From the human T2T-CHM13v2.0 reference genome, Homo sapiens, in assembly GCF_009914755.1 (NCBI RefSeq), contig NC_060928.1: a stretch of DNA of 64,000 bases; one strand, written 5' to 3'. This document shows, piece after piece, positions 59,257 to 64,000 of the stretch. Position 1 is the stretch's first letter; the number at the start of each line of letters is the position of its first letter. The position numbers and the translations under genes were made by a program. Under the pieces are notes generated by a model that had not been told where the DNA came from, made no database searches, and saw only the letters and a program-made list of their open reading frames with translations.

Positions 59257-60174
59257 TTTTGTTTTGTTTTGTTTTGAGACAGGGGTCTCCCTCAGTCACC
59301 CAGGCTAGAATGCAGTGGCGTGATCATAGCTCACTGCAGCCTTGAACTTCTGGGCTCAAATGATCCTCCCATCTCAGCCTCCTGAGTAGCTGGGACCACA
59401 GGCACGTGCCACCATGCTTAGCTATTTTTTTTTTATTTTTTTTAGACAATGGAGTTTTGTCATGTTGCCCAGGCTGGCACAGTTTCTTTTTTAAAAAGTG
59501 AATCAAGTTTTATCCCCATCTATGAATTTTTAAAGTATTTTCAATACAATTTTCAAAATTTCTTTGTAGTACATAGATTAATTTTAATGACATTCTGCCA
59601 GGTTTTTTAAAAACCTGAATACATCATAATTACATAAAGTCAATTCTAAATAAACCAAACGAATCTACATCAAATAGGTTTAGAGAGCCGCCCTAAAGTA
59701 TTCAGCCTGCCTAAAGTAACATGTTTGTCTATTCTGGTTTCCAAAGCTAATACCTGTGAGATAAGTATGAAGCCCCAATAACCATTCTGTTAAGAAAAGA
59801 AATTACCAGTAAAGACACAGTTTCATAAAATGTTCATTATTTATAGCCACTGCTATAATTTCATGTGTTAGGAATTACATATCTTTCAAATAATATTCAT
59901 ATAGAGCTGGACACAGTGGCTCACGCCTGTAATCCCAGCACTTTGGGAGGCCGAGGCAGGTGGATCACGAGGTCAGGAATTCGAGACCAGCCTGGCCAAC
60001 ATGGTGAAACCCCGTCTCTACTAAAACTACAAAAATTAGCCAGGCGTGGTAGCGTGCGTCTATAATCCCAGCTACTCGGGAGGCAGAGGTTGCAGTGAGC
60101 TGAGATTGCGCCATTGCACTCCAGCCTGGGCAACAAGAGCAAGAATCCCTCTAAAAAAAAAAAAAAAAAAAAAA
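59257..60174. mobile_element. Alus 59257-59478 - (truncated) and 59905-60174 +
   Basis: Alu consensus. Confidence 0.88.
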
Positions 60175-61130
60175 ATTCATACAGAAAATCCGCAATTCCT
60201 GAGGATAACTGGTATCAGAAAAAGGCAACTTGATGTTAATTCACTTAAAACAGGAACAAAAGTTTCATTATAAATTACAAAACTAAAAGTAATAAAACTT
60301 TTACTATCTTTCTGTGGCCTACGTTTTTTAAAAATTCAGTTTATAATTGCAACTATACTAACTCTTAAGATGAACAAAGAAAAAAATCAGCTGTTGAGTT
60401 TTGGGGAGAGAGATTGCTTCTGAAAATTTGGACGACAGCAAAATGATAAATTATGTCGATAATGATAAATGGGCACAACATACTCATAAAGCAGGTCATT
60501 TCTACCAAAATATTTCTAGATTTCATCAATTTTCCCAAGAACCTTGATATCCTTTGAAATTCAAGTTATTCTTTTTGAGGGTCTGCTTGGTTTTCATCCT
60601 GGTAGCATTTCTGATTATCTAATCTAACCTCCAAATCCCTATTTATCCTTAGTTCCACTGATTCAAGCAAGCATGCAAGTTACATAATTTGACCTTGAAA
60701 TTAATTTCTGTTGTCAGGTATTCTCCAAGAATCAAAAGAGACACACTCCATAAAGCCACATATTGAATAGGCTGGGGCAGGAAGCTAGAATATTTGAGTA
60801 AGGCCAAATTCTTTAAGAGATTAATTTTACATTGTGATGAAGCTTGCTCCCATGAAGCAACCTTCTACCTTGAGAGGTGTGATAATGAGAACCTCTATTA
60901 TCTCATGTAACCATTTCAAGTCTTGTCAGGTGGCTGGTATCTACATTTTACTAAACTAAGATGAACAAAATAATGTATTTACCGAAGATCATAGAGAAAA
61001 TCAACAGAAGACCCATGACTGAAAACCCAAGTTTCCCAATAGCTCCTACTGTATCACTATAGTGCCTCCATGATATACATATTCATGCAACAATATGCAT
61101 TCACAGAACTACATCAAAGTGCCAAAAATA

Positions 61131-63998
<2,868 letters not shown>

Positions 63999-64000
63999 CA

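Overview
Human (primate) genomic DNA at the THAP9/LIN54 locus, which I recognise as chr4q21. The + strand carries the end of THAP9's last intron and its large terminal coding exon (4150-6130). This exon encodes the RNase H-like, GTP-binding and C-terminal domains of a domesticated P-element transposase. The - strand carries ten coding exons of LIN54 (exons 4-13 by the usual numbering), the CHR-binding CXC/tesmin subunit of MuvB/DREAM, plus a ~3.5 kb 3' UTR. The two genes are convergent. The rest is intron or intergenic DNA with ~50 Alu copies or fragments, old L1, L2, L3, MIR, MLT1, MER5, MER8 and a Y1 RNA retrocopy. The most notable unannotated-looking signals are: (1) a candidate recursive splice site with an 18-nt stop-containing microexon in LIN54 intron 4 (38008-38050); (2) three candidate splice routes that would cut THAP9 off before its catalytic exon, as in P-element repressors; (3) an inverted Alu pair in the LIN54 3' UTR with a poly(A) signal between the arms; (4) repair and retrotransposition scars, including a twin-primed Alu and a 20-nt templated patch copied from 3.5 kb away. 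Repeat boundaries and subfamilies were judged by eye and are approximate. No expression or conservation data were available.
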